Source of the DNA: an uncultured cyanobacterium
GTDB lineage: Bacteria > Cyanobacteriota > Cyanobacteriia > Cyanobacteriales > Nostocaceae
Assembly: GCA_963740315.1 (NCBI GenBank)
Contig: CAVUDP010000003.1
Location: 416,001 to 480,000, forward strand
Length of the DNA stretch: 64,000 nucleotides
Reading direction: 5' to 3'
Made by a program: the position numbers and the translations under genes. Below, piece after piece: positions 1 to 9,796 of this stretch. Under the pieces are notes generated by a model. That model saw only the letters and a list, made by a program, of their open reading frames with translations. It did no database searches and had not been told where the DNA came from. How positions within the stretch are numbered: the stretch's first letter is position 1; the number at the start of each line of letters is the position of its first letter.

Positions 1-367
1 GTGCAACATTTTCTACTTGAGGTTGAGTTTCTGACTGTTGCGATTCTACATTTGTACAACCTACACTTAACAAAGCAACAATACTTAGAACGGCTGCATA
101 TTTGAATTTCATTGTGGTGTCCTCAAATTGGTCTATAGCTACACTTTAGGGCTTTGTCCTAATAGATAAATTAATAGAAGCTGAGAAGTTGTTGAAAATT
201 CGGCTAAATTTTTGATTTTATTTCTAATCTTGTTTTAATTTAAGAGTTTAAGGATAAATCTATACTTAATCATGAATTAAATTATTAAACCTTACTAGAC
301 GCAAAGAAGGAAGAAGAAAAAGAAGTAATCTAAAATTGATTCATCTACCAATTTAAGGCAATTAACA

Positions 368-2635
368 ATGACAATTACACCATCTGAGATTAAATATCGG
401 CGCAATCTTCGCAAAAGAATATTTAAAGTTAGAACTGCAACTCTATTTTTATTAAGCATTATTATTTTATCAGCGGTTATTGTTGCAGCTTGGTTTGCTG
501 GGGAAAATCAAATCAATGCAATTTTTGCTCAAGTTAATTTTTTGCAACGAAATCCGCCGATGTGGCTGGAAGCACCGATGGTGACGGCAAAGTATTTGTT
601 AGCTCCAACTGTAGCTTTGTTAATAGCTGTTTGGGCTGTAATGAAAATTTCTCCTCAACCCCGTATTTGGTCTAGAAGATTAGTAGTTGGAATATTATTA
701 TTATTAACTGGTAGATATGTTTTATGGCGCTCTTTATCAACTCTAAACCTTGAAACTCCTTTGAGTGGGGCTTTTAGTTTGGCTTTATTTGGTTTGGAAA
801 TGATGGTGTTATTCAGCGCTACAATTCAGTTATTTTTAATGCTGAATGTTAAAGAACGCCCTCATGATGCAGATAGAAATTCAATTGCTGTTATTGAAGG
901 AGAATTTAATCCTAACGTTGATGTTTTGATTCCAACTTATAACGAACCAGCATTTATTTTACGAAGAACTATTATCGGCTGTCAAGCTTTAGAATACGAG
1001 AATAAAACTATTTATTTATTAGATGATACCCGCCGTCCGGAAATGAAAGCTTTAGCTGAAGAGTTGGGATGCGAATATATTAGCAGGCTAGAAAATCATC
1101 ACGCAAAAGCGGGTAATCTAAATCATGCATTCCCCAAAATTAATGGAGAATTAATCGTTGTTTTTGATGCTGATTTTATTCCTACCTCAAACTTTCTCAC
1201 CCGTACAGTAGGCTTTTTCCAAGACGAACAAGTAGCTTTGGTACAAACACCCCAAAGCTTTTATAATGCAGATCCCATCGCCCATAATTTAGGTTTAGAA
1301 AACGTCGTTACTCCAGAAGAAGAAGTATTTTACAGACAAATTCAACCGATAAAAGATAGTGCCGGAAGTGTAGTTTGTGCAGGAACTTCCTTTGTTGTCA
1401 GACGCAGTGCTTTAGAAAAAAGTGGTGGTTTTGTCACCGAATCTCTCAGCGAAGATTATTTTACAGGAATTAATTTATCAGCTAAAGGTTACAAACTTAT
1501 TTACTTAGATGAAAAACTGAGTGCGGGGTTAGCTGCTGAAAATATTGGCGCACACGCAACACAACGCATCCGCTGGGCGCAAGGTACTTTACAAGCATTT
1601 TTTATTAAATCAAATCCCCTAACAATTCGCGGATTACGACCATTACAAAGACTAGCTCATTTAGAAGGATTGCTCAACTGGTTTTCTAGCATTTCTCGCG
1701 TCGGATTTCTATTAATGCCTTTAGCGTACTCATTTTTAGGCATTATCCCCATACAGGCAACTGTAGAAGAAGCGCTTTATTTCCTTCTACCTTTCTACCT
1801 TACCCAACTAACAGTATTTTCTTGGTTAAATTCACATTCTCGTTCTGCCATCCTATCAGAAATCTATAGTATAGCCTTAGCTTTCCCCTTAGCATTGACG
1901 GTAATTCAAGTAATGTTAAATCCATTTTCTAAAGGGTTTAAAGTTACACCGAAAGGAACCGCAAGTAATAAATTTTATTTCAACTGGAATTTAGCCTTAC
2001 CTTTAATTATCTTATTTATAGCTAATGCTGTTAGTTTGTGGCGCAATTTAGGAATGTGTTTGGCGCTATTATGGCAGCAAGCAAGCAATCCTCAAGTAGT
2101 AGAACATTTTCAAGGTTTAGATTTAGGATGGATATGGAGTCTTTACAACTTGATGTTAATTGGAATCTCCTTATTAATATTGCTTGATGCACCAAAAGCC
2201 GATGTTTACGAGTGGTTTGACTTGCGAAGAGTTGTACGTTTAAATATTGACGAAAAAACCGTTTGGGGAGTAACTACAATGATTTCCGAAATAGGTGCAG
2301 AAATCGCATTGACTCAACAAATACCTCCTGAATTGACTCCCAATCGATCGCTAAAACTAGAAATAGCCGAAGAAAACTTACAGCTAAATGCAGAGATTAT
2401 AAGCACCGGCATTAAAGATGAATTTCCGACAATTCGAGTTAGATTTCCCTTAGTAACTTTACCCCAACATCGCCGCTTAGTAGAAATATTATTCTGTCGT
2501 CCCGGACAATGGAAGCATAAATGTACCCCCGGTGAACTACAATCATTTATACTACTCTTCAAAATCTTACTCAAACCGCGAATATTGTTCGATCGCAAAA
2601 TCGATGTTAGCGCGATCGCAGTTTCTAAAGTGTGA
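368..2635 (+). CDS. Cellulose synthase catalytic subunit-like GT2 glycosyltransferase
   Basis: Multiple TM helices; PTYNE, DD, HAKAGNLN, FDADF, QTPQ, SED and QRIRW (D,D,D,QxxRW) motifs; PilZ-like C-terminus. Confidence 0.9.
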   Translation: MTITPSEIKYRRNLRKRIFKVRTATLFLLSIIILSAVIVAAWFAGENQINAIFAQVNFLQRNPPMWLEAPMVTAKYLLAPTVALLIAVWAVMKISPQPRIWSRRLVVGILLLLTGRYVLWRSLSTLNLETPLSGAFSLALFGLEMMVLFSATIQLFLMLNVKERPHDADRNSIAVIEGEFNPNVDVLIPTYNEPAFILRRTIIGCQALEYENKTIYLLDDTRRPEMKALAEELGCEYISRLENHHAKAGNLNHAFPKINGELIVVFDADFIPTSNFLTRTVGFFQDEQVALVQTPQSFYNADPIAHNLGLENVVTPEEEVFYRQIQPIKDSAGSVVCAGTSFVVRRSALEKSGGFVTESLSEDYFTGINLSAKGYKLIYLDEKLSAGLAAENIGAHATQRIRWAQGTLQAFFIKSNPLTIRGLRPLQRLAHLEGLLNWFSSISRVGFLLMPLAYSFLGIIPIQATVEEALYFLLPFYLTQLTVFSWLNSHSRSAILSEIYSIALAFPLALTVIQVMLNPFSKGFKVTPKGTASNKFYFNWNLALPLIILFIANAVSLWRNLGMCLALLWQQASNPQVVEHFQGLDLGWIWSLYNLMLIGISLLILLDAPKADVYEWFDLRRVVRLNIDEKTVWGVTTMISEIGAEIALTQQIPPELTPNRSLKLEIAEENLQLNAEIISTGIKDEFPTIRVRFPLVTLPQHRRLVEILFCRPGQWKHKCTPGELQSFILLFKILLKPRILFDRKIDVSAIAVSKV

Positions 2636-2644
2636 TAATTCTTC

Positions 2645-2730
2645 GTAGGGTGTGTTGTCGCGACAGCGCAACGCACCTTATTAATTACGGTGGTTTTGGT
2701 GCGTTAGGCTGAAGCCATAACACACCCTAC
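2645..2730. repeat. REP-like inverted pair (GTAGGGTGTG...GCACC / GGTGC...CACACCCTAC)
   Basis: Inverted GTAGGGTGTG/CACACCCTAC ends between convergent genes; related copies at 14547, 19421, 24437 and 35370-35907. Confidence 0.8.
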
Positions 2731-2817
2731 AATACTTTTTTTAATAATCACAAACGGAATTAACCTAAATTTAGGTTCAAAAAATGTAGATATCTCCGCA
2801 CTGCTACAACCTTTTAA

Positions 2818-4518
2818 TCATTCGCCTATCTCTCCCTGAATACGAACATAATCGGCAGAAGTATTTGCAACCTTGGGAATCAAATTAACCGAATTCGGCA
2901 TAATCGTTTGTAAACTACCCAAAACTCCTAATAACAAACTTCCACAATACAAGCTTGCTAAAATTACTCTCGTCATCCGCTTGCTGTAAAAACAGTGATA
3001 TCTTTCATGCAAATTTTTTACCAACAAATATCTGCTGTTAAATGGTAAATTGTGATAATCAAACTGCTGTAAATACTGAAATAGCGAATATAAAATATTG
3101 TCTTGATTTTCAGGTGGATTTTTTCGGAAAGACTTTTGTATTTTAGAATTGATTTTAGCGGCACGATAGCTGTGTACTATATTAAAAGTTAGAGGAATAG
3201 TTAGTAAAAATAAAAAAGGATGCATTATTCCCAATAAACTGATGATAATTGCCCCAAAGGCTTTGAAAACAACATCGCTATAGGGAAAACGAGAAAACAG
3301 TAAAATATCTACTATTTGTCCGCCATCGAGGGGGTAAATCGGTAATAAATTGAATAAATTTAAGCAAATTAATATCCAGCTTGCTTGTTTTACCCAAGTG
3401 GAATAACTGGCATCTTTAAAGATAATTGCTAATCCTATTCCCAAAATTAATCCGGGTATTGGTCCAGCTAAAGATACACAAAATTTTTGAATAATGGTAG
3501 CATCATCTTTACGAGCAGTAGCCACAGCGCCAAGAAAAGGTAGGAAGAGTAAAGAAGCATCACGATAGCCGCAAAGTTTCATTGCTAATAAATGTCCGCC
3601 TTCGTGAAGTATTAATGCGGCAATAAAAATAATTAAAGTTTGAGTACCAAAATATTTTGTGGAAGTAACTATAAATAAAGTAAAACTTCCTAATATCAAC
3701 CAAGGACGTAATTTTTTACTAATAAGTCCCCGCTGCAATTGTTCCATCCGTCGAAATCCCTCTACTTCCAATTCCACAGGAATTTCTACTAATATATTGC
3801 TTTTTGCTTGCCGTCGTTGCTTTAAACCTGTACTATAGTTTTTCTCAATTCTGTTTCGCGTCAGTTTTATTGCTAGTTTTTCATTTAAACGAAATATCTT
3901 ACCTGAAATTGGTAATATATGTTTTGATATGATTAATGAATCAATATAGTTGCTAAAATATATTTGCAGCGCTTCGGTAAAAGCTGACGGTGATAAAATA
4001 TCGGGTTTTTTCTTTACTCTTAACTTGCTCAATCTATCTTGATGAAACTGCCATTGCTCCGATGTTTGAGCAATATAAGAATCTTGCAGAATAAAGTGAG
4101 GAATTTTATCTATAACTGTATCTCTCTTACCATTTGTTGTTACTAAAAAAGTTTTATCTACAAAAAAATTATAGAATTCAATATCAAATAAATTTACTGG
4201 ATCTATCGGATAACGTATCCCAATTTTTGCATAGCTGTTAAAAGTTTCGTTATATAGTAAAATTTCCCAAGCGATATCGGGATAAACCTTTAACATTGGT
4301 TTTACCTGCAAATAGCAGCTTGGCTGAAAACCGAAAATTTGAAGTTCTTGAATGGGAATCAAAAACAACTTTTGCAGATAATCCGGAATATTTTCGACTG
4401 CTTGCACTCTTATGCTGGGGTATTGCAGCGTCACCTTACAAAGCTGTAAAAAAGTAATCAGATACGAGAAACTAACTAACAGCCCATAAATGAAAATAGG
4501 GTAAAGTAAATACTGCAT
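2818..4518 (-). CDS. Site-2 protease (M50 family) zinc metalloprotease
   Basis: HEGGH zinc motif, NLLPIYPLDGG motif, TM segments. Confidence 0.9.
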   Translation of the reverse strand: MQYLLYPIFIYGLLVSFSYLITFLQLCKVTLQYPSIRVQAVENIPDYLQKLFLIPIQELQIFGFQPSCYLQVKPMLKVYPDIAWEILLYNETFNSYAKIGIRYPIDPVNLFDIEFYNFFVDKTFLVTTNGKRDTVIDKIPHFILQDSYIAQTSEQWQFHQDRLSKLRVKKKPDILSPSAFTEALQIYFSNYIDSLIISKHILPISGKIFRLNEKLAIKLTRNRIEKNYSTGLKQRRQAKSNILVEIPVELEVEGFRRMEQLQRGLISKKLRPWLILGSFTLFIVTSTKYFGTQTLIIFIAALILHEGGHLLAMKLCGYRDASLLFLPFLGAVATARKDDATIIQKFCVSLAGPIPGLILGIGLAIIFKDASYSTWVKQASWILICLNLFNLLPIYPLDGGQIVDILLFSRFPYSDVVFKAFGAIIISLLGIMHPFLFLLTIPLTFNIVHSYRAAKINSKIQKSFRKNPPENQDNILYSLFQYLQQFDYHNLPFNSRYLLVKNLHERYHCFYSKRMTRVILASLYCGSLLLGVLGSLQTIMPNSVNLIPKVANTSADYVRIQGEIGE

Positions 4519-4699
4519 ATTATGTAATAAATAAAACCATACTTATCATTCCCAATATCTAACCAGATTTATCATTCGTAACGCTAATAGTTGGTTTTAC
4601 CTAAATTGCTCTATCTCCACAGGAATATAACAAAAAGACATAATTAACTTAAAATGTTGTCTTGGTAAAGAAACTATTAAAACCACCACAAAACGAAAA

Positions 4700-5365
4700 A
4701 TGTCTAAGCAAACACTGGGATTAGAAAATCACATATATCAATATTTACTATCAGTATCTATACGGGAACCGGAAGTTTTATCAAAATTACGTGAAGAAAC
4801 CGCAAATCATCCCAGAAATATCATGCAAATCTCACCAGAGCAAGGACAGTTTATGTCTTTATTGGTGCAATTAATGGGAGCCAAGAAAGCTTTAGAAATC
4901 GGTGTTTTTACAGGCTATAGTTCCTTAGTGGTTGCCCTAGCACTGCCGCCAGAAGGTAAGATGGTTGCCTGCGATGTCAGCGAAGAGTATACATCTATAG
5001 CCCGTCATTACTGGGAACAAGCAGGAGTAGCCGATAAAATCGATTTACGTATAGCACCGGCGATCGCCACTCTCGATCAATTAATCGCAGCAGGTGAAGC
5101 GGATAGTTTTGATTTTGCCTTCATCGACGCAGATAAAAGCAGCTACGATGATTATTACGAAAGAGCATTAAAATTAATTCGTCCCGGTGGATTAATCGCC
5201 ATAGATAACGTATTGTGGTCAGGACAAGTAGCAGATTCAAAAATTCAAGATAATAGAACTAAGAAAATTCGCACTTTAAACGAAAAAATTCATCAAGACG
5301 AGCGAGTCACCATCAGCATGATACCGATTGGAGATGGTTTGACATTAGCAAGAAGGAAAGGTTAA
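4700..5365 (+). CDS. Class I SAM-dependent O-methyltransferase (caffeoyl-CoA OMT-like)
   Basis: LEIGVFTGYS, FIDADK, GGLIAIDN motifs. Confidence 0.92.
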   Translation: MSKQTLGLENHIYQYLLSVSIREPEVLSKLREETANHPRNIMQISPEQGQFMSLLVQLMGAKKALEIGVFTGYSSLVVALALPPEGKMVACDVSEEYTSIARHYWEQAGVADKIDLRIAPAIATLDQLIAAGEADSFDFAFIDADKSSYDDYYERALKLIRPGGLIAIDNVLWSGQVADSKIQDNRTKKIRTLNEKIHQDERVTISMIPIGDGLTLARRKG

Positions 5366-5443
5366 AGGTCTGCATGTTAAAGGTCTGCATGTTAAAGGTT
5401 AGGAATTTTTTCTACCCCCTCTCCCCCTCTCCCCATCTCCCCA

Positions 5444-6313
5444 TCATTCCTTCTGCCGCTTCTTCTCCTGCATTTTGGCTTTTTTCTCTTCGGTGAGATT
5501 ATCAAAACAGTGGGGACAGGAAATTCCTGATTCGTATTTGGAAGATTCCTTATCTGTGTCGGAAATGGGATGTCCGCAACCCGCACACATATCGTAGGAA
5601 CCGGGTTCTAAACCATGACGCACGGCTATACGTTCGTCAAAAACGAAACATTCGCCATTCCATAAACTTTCTTCTTTGGGTACTTCTTCTAAATATTTGA
5701 GAATGCCGCCTTTGAGGTGATAAACTTGTTCAAAACCTTGGGAAAGTAAGTAGGAAGTGGCTTTTTCGCAGCGAATTCCTCCGGTACAGAACATTGCTAC
5801 TTTCTTATTGCGATCGCGATTTAAGTTTTTATTAGCGTATTCTGGAAATTCACGAAATGATTCAGTTTGCGGGTTTGCAGCGAATTGAAAAGTACCAATA
5901 CTTACTTCATAATCGTTGCGGGTATCAATCACCGTCACATCTGGATCGGAAATAATCTCATTCCAATCTTTGGGATTAACATAAGTTCCAACTTTTTCGC
6001 TGGGGTTAACTTCCGATAAACCCAAAGTCACAATTTCCTTTTTTAACTTTACCTTTATCCGTTGAAACGGCGGAGATTCTGCGGTAGATTCCTTGCATTC
6101 CAAATCTGTAAAACGGGAATCGGAACGCAAAAAGTTGATAACCGCATCAATTCCCTGACGACAACCTGCGATCGTTCCGTTGATACCTTCTTCTGCCAGT
6201 AAAATAGTTCCCTTTATTTCTTGTGATTCGCAGATAGATAATAAAGGCTGTTGTTTTTCAGCGTAATCTGGCAATTTGACAAATTTATATAATGTGGCAA
6301 CTATTACAGACAT
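5444..6313 (-). CDS. trhO: Rhodanese-domain tRNA uridine(34) hydroxylase (TrhO/YceA family)
   Basis: [33 protein letters not shown] motifs; start moved to ATG at 6313 ([11 protein letters not shown]). Confidence 0.88.
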   Translation of the reverse strand: MSVIVATLYKFVKLPDYAEKQQPLLSICESQEIKGTILLAEEGINGTIAGCRQGIDAVINFLRSDSRFTDLECKESTAESPPFQRIKVKLKKEIVTLGLSEVNPSEKVGTYVNPKDWNEIISDPDVTVIDTRNDYEVSIGTFQFAANPQTESFREFPEYANKNLNRDRNKKVAMFCTGGIRCEKATSYLLSQGFEQVYHLKGGILKYLEEVPKEESLWNGECFVFDERIAVRHGLEPGSYDMCAGCGHPISDTDKESSKYESGISCPHCFDNLTEEKKAKMQEKKRQKE

Positions 6314-6433
6314 AGTAATTTTAGATTTTAGATTATTTGAAATAATAATTTTATCTAAAGCTGCGCTTAATAGTGCTTTTGTTAATAAGGTTCGTAGTAA
6401 GGGCTTAAGCCCTCTAAGGACGCGCATTCCCTA

Positions 6434-6802
6434 CTACAAACCTATAGGTACTTTTTTCTCTTTCTTATTTCCAGTTTCCAAACTTAAAGATTCACCGCTG
6501 CGTCTAGCTTCCCAAGGACCATAATCTAAACTACTAATATTCCATTGTCCTTGGATATAATCTTCATCTTCGGAAATTGTGCCAACATATTCCACAGCAT
6601 CAGACGAAGAAGTAAAATAACTTTTAATAAAGCTAATGTGACGACCTACAACTTCACCGCTCAACTTAGCTTCTCCCAAATAGCTATCATCTAAAACCCT
6701 GCCAGTCAAACTATTCCCGCTTTGCACGAGTACAACTTCAAAGCGAGTCGGATTTCCATGTTGCCAATAAGTTCCCAACCAAGTACCGTTTACATCAGCC
6801 AT
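6434..6802 (-). CDS. Hypothetical protein (beta-rich)
   Basis: 122-aa ORF co-oriented with neighbours; GTWLGTYWQ...GQW pattern. Confidence 0.75.
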   Translation of the reverse strand: MADVNGTWLGTYWQHGNPTRFEVVLVQSGNSLTGRVLDDSYLGEAKLSGEVVGRHISFIKSYFTSSSDAVEYVGTISEDEDYIQGQWNISSLDYGPWEARRSGESLSLETGNKKEKKVPIGL

Positions 6803-6855
6803 AACAGTGAGCAGTTAACAGTTAATAGTTAGGAGTTAGTAATTTACAAATTATC

Positions 6856-6932
6856 ATTCCCCTTGTCCCCTTGTCTCCCCATCTCCCCATCTCCCTATCT
6901 CCCCCTCTCCCTTCCAATCCCCTATTCCCAAT
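6856..6932. repeat. STRR-like short tandem repeats (TCCCCA/TCCCCT units)
   Basis: Degenerate 7-8-mer C-rich repeats in an intergenic region. Confidence 0.75.
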
Positions 6933-6933
6933 T

Positions 6934-7557
6934 TTAAGAATGTTTAAATACTACCGAAAGATTGTTTGCTGGCATAGTCACGGTTTTTTGTAGAGTCAGA
7001 TCGTGCTTGCTGGCGACTTCTACTACGTCTTCTAAGTTACGTACTCCCCATTCGGGGTTTTGTTCTTGTAAATATTCGTCAAAGTTAGCGTTGGAAGGCG
7101 CTGTATGTTCTCCATCTTGTTTGTATGGACCGTATAAATACAGAATACCTCCTGGTGAAAGTATACGACCGGCAGCCGCCATTAGTCCCAAACAAGCAGA
7201 CCAAGGTGAGATGTGAATCATATTAATATTGGCGATCGCACAAATATCTGATACGGACGATAATACTTCTTTTTCTACCTCCCAAACGGGCTGAGAAGCA
7301 TCAATATCCAGGGGTTGAGAAAGATTTTCGCTGGGGGAATCTTTAATCCATGCTGCAATACTTTCACGCAGCGAAGGATTGGTGTCAGAAGGAATCCATT
7401 TGCGAGGTTTTAACCTGGGTGCAAGGTATACAGCGTGTTCTCCGGTACCGCTAGCAATTTCTAAAATGGTGCCAGTGGGTGGTAAAACTTCTAAAAGTAC
7501 TTGTAAAATCGGTTCGCGGTTGCGCTGGGTTGCTTGGGCGTATTTTCTTCCGTCCAC
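6934..7557 (-). CDS. DUF938 family SAM-dependent methyltransferase
   Basis: ATQRNREPIL, LEIASGTGEH, NMIHISPW, YGPY, MPANN motifs; likely GTG start at 7557 after a GGAG (ORF track extends to 7686). Confidence 0.85.
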   Translation of the reverse strand: MDGRKYAQATQRNREPILQVLLEVLPPTGTILEIASGTGEHAVYLAPRLKPRKWIPSDTNPSLRESIAAWIKDSPSENLSQPLDIDASQPVWEVEKEVLSSVSDICAIANINMIHISPWSACLGLMAAAGRILSPGGILYLYGPYKQDGEHTAPSNANFDEYLQEQNPEWGVRNLEDVVEVASKHDLTLQKTVTMPANNLSVVFKHS

Positions 7558-7693
7558 TATCTCTTCTCCCGGAAAACGCTCGATCACATTTAGCTTATCA
7601 TTTGTAGGAAAATAATTGCCGCCCTCATTCTGGAAGACTGGGGAAGCAGGATTACAAAGTTCACCGTAAGGTGGGCTAAATTCCAATGTGTTT

Positions 7694-8848
7694 TTAGATA
7701 AGTTGATGAATTTGATTTACTGCGCTGACTAACAAAGTGGATGCTTTATCAATTTCTTCTTCGGTTGTAAATTTGCCAATACCAATTCTTAAAGCTCCCT
7801 CGGTTATATTCTCCGAAAGATTCATCGCTTGTAAAACATGAGATGGAGCCATTGTTCCCGATGCACAAGAAGCACCTGTGGAAATAGCTAATAGAGTACG
7901 CACTCTAGCAATAATGGCACTATTAGGAATTCCAGGGACGGAAATATGTAAGTTACCCGATAAACGGTTGTTTAAGTCTCCATTAATAGCTAAATCGGGA
8001 ATTTGAGCTTGCAGCGATTGTTGTAGTTTGTCTCGGAGAATTGCGATCGCGCTTTCGTCTGCTTCCATTTCCAATCTTCTTAATTCACAAGCTTCTCCTA
8101 ATCCAGCTATTCCGGAAACATTAAGCGTACCGGATCTTATTCCCTGCTGATGTCCACCACCATGAATAATAGGTTGAAGATGGTAGCCTTTTTTAACTAC
8201 TAATGCACCAATTCCTTTGGGAGCATAAAGTTTATGACCGGAAATCGCAAGATAGGTAATACCCCAATCTTGGAAGTTGATGGGAATTTTACCAACTGCT
8301 TGAGAAGCATCGCATAAGAAAGGAATATTATATTTTTGAGCTATTAAACCAATTTTTGGAATTGGGTAAATTGTCCCTACTTCATTGTTCGCAGCCATCA
8401 TACAAAGTAAGGAAGCACCTTCAGAACAAACTTTTTCTAGATGTTCTAAATCAATCTGAGCTTGTCGATTAACTTTTAACCAAATAATTTCAACAAGTCC
8501 TTTTTTCGCTAATGCTTCGCAGGTATCTAAAACTGCTTTATGTTCAATTGGAGAAACAATTATTTTTGAGATGGTATTCTGTTGAGTATGTCCTTGAATT
8601 ACTAAATTAATGCTTTCTGTGGCACCAGAAGTAAAAATGATTTCCTTTGGAGAAGCGTCTATTGATTCAGCTATTTGTTGACGAGCTTGTTTAACTGCTT
8701 GTGCTGCTTCATCTCCGTAACTATGATCCAAGCTATTAGCATTACCAAAAGTATTAGTCATATAGTACATGACTTTTTCTGCTACTCTAGGGTCAACGGG
8801 AGTAGTTGAATGGTAATCAAGGTAAATTATATTTTCTTGTTTACTCAT
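7694..8848 (-). CDS. sspA: Cysteine desulfurase (IscS/DndA/SspA type)
   Basis: YLDYHSTTP, TSGATES, NNEVG, SGHKLYAPKG (PLP Lys), STGASCASG (catalytic Cys); symbol assigned from context with PAPS reductase and DUF4007. Confidence 0.9.
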   Translation of the reverse strand: MSKQENIIYLDYHSTTPVDPRVAEKVMYYMTNTFGNANSLDHSYGDEAAQAVKQARQQIAESIDASPKEIIFTSGATESINLVIQGHTQQNTISKIIVSPIEHKAVLDTCEALAKKGLVEIIWLKVNRQAQIDLEHLEKVCSEGASLLCMMAANNEVGTIYPIPKIGLIAQKYNIPFLCDASQAVGKIPINFQDWGITYLAISGHKLYAPKGIGALVVKKGYHLQPIIHGGGHQQGIRSGTLNVSGIAGLGEACELRRLEMEADESAIAILRDKLQQSLQAQIPDLAINGDLNNRLSGNLHISVPGIPNSAIIARVRTLLAISTGASCASGTMAPSHVLQAMNLSENITEGALRIGIGKFTTEEEIDKASTLLVSAVNQIHQLI

Positions 8849-8854
8849 TTTTTA

Positions 8855-9796
8855 TTATTTGATTCGGTAAAAGACTTCTGAATAATTAGGAACTGAGAGA
8901 GCATAGCGCGAAGGTAGAAAATAAAGTAACCATCTCATCAAAGTTTGCCATGCTCGTTCGGGGTTAAAATTAGGAAGATTAGTATAGAGTAAAGATGCTA
9001 AAAAGTCTCTAACAGCACCGAATCGTTGAGGAGTTTCAACAAAATTATCTATTTCTTGAATTACTGGTTTTTCTAAAAGCAGAATACCAACGCAAGCATT
9101 AAAGTTATTTTGATTCAGATTAGGAATAATACTTAAATATTTTAAATCATTGATGGCATTATTACGCGCTATCGCTGTAAGTTTATCTTCTTTTCCACCA
9201 TAAGCGAGAAAAAGTTCTTCTGGATTTCTTAAAGTTGGTATCCAATTTTCATTAGTTACGATATCTGAAGATAAATCAACTGTTAATCGCAGTTCATCAA
9301 TAGGAATATTTTGATTTTGGATTTGATTGATTCTAGTAAAATATTCTTCGTATAGTTGCTCATCAACTTTAATGCATTTTTGGAATAATTCTAGTTCAAA
9401 CTCTGGTAACAAAGAATGATTAGCTGGAAGTTGAACTAGAAGTTCTAAATTCGGACGTTTAGACCATCCTAAAGCTTTCGCGGTTAAATTCGCCGAGCCA
9501 ATTAAACATTGGTCATCGGCTCGATAATATTTAGCGTGTAAGTCATTCCTCAGCCATAAAGAAGCATAAGGATGAGATTGAACGATCGCCCATACTTCTA
9601 AGTCGCTAACTCCTATTGTAATTTCTTCTATTAACCAGCGAGTAACGCATTTAATAGCAATCTGTGGATTAATATAAGAAAAGATTTCTTCTAAGACAGC
9701 AGCTTTAATAAAAGGTGCAGCAATTAAGATTTCTGTTTGAGCGGTATTACATAATTTTTTGAGTTGAGTGCCTAACAAATCCATGTCATGACTCAT
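8855..9796 (-). CDS. Phospholipase D (HKD) superfamily nuclease
   Basis: LIAAPFI, single HAKYYRAD (HxKxxxxD) motif and GSANLT; C-terminal half unassigned. Confidence 0.85.
   Translation of the reverse strand: MSHDMDLLGTQLKKLCNTAQTEILIAAPFIKAAVLEEIFSYINPQIAIKCVTRWLIEEITIGVSDLEVWAIVQSHPYASLWLRNDLHAKYYRADDQCLIGSANLTAKALGWSKRPNLELLVQLPANHSLLPEFELELFQKCIKVDEQLYEEYFTRINQIQNQNIPIDELRLTVDLSSDIVTNENWIPTLRNPEELFLAYGGKEDKLTAIARNNAINDLKYLSIIPNLNQNNFNACVGILLLEKPVIQEIDNFVETPQRFGAVRDFLASLLYTNLPNFNPERAWQTLMRWLLYFLPSRYALSVPNYSEVFYRIK

Noticed and set aside
5444..8848. tRNA thiolation cluster (rhodanese plus desulfurase)
   Set aside because: The rhodanese is TrhO-type (a hydroxylase) and the desulfurase is coupled to the island genes, so the adjacency is probably incidental.
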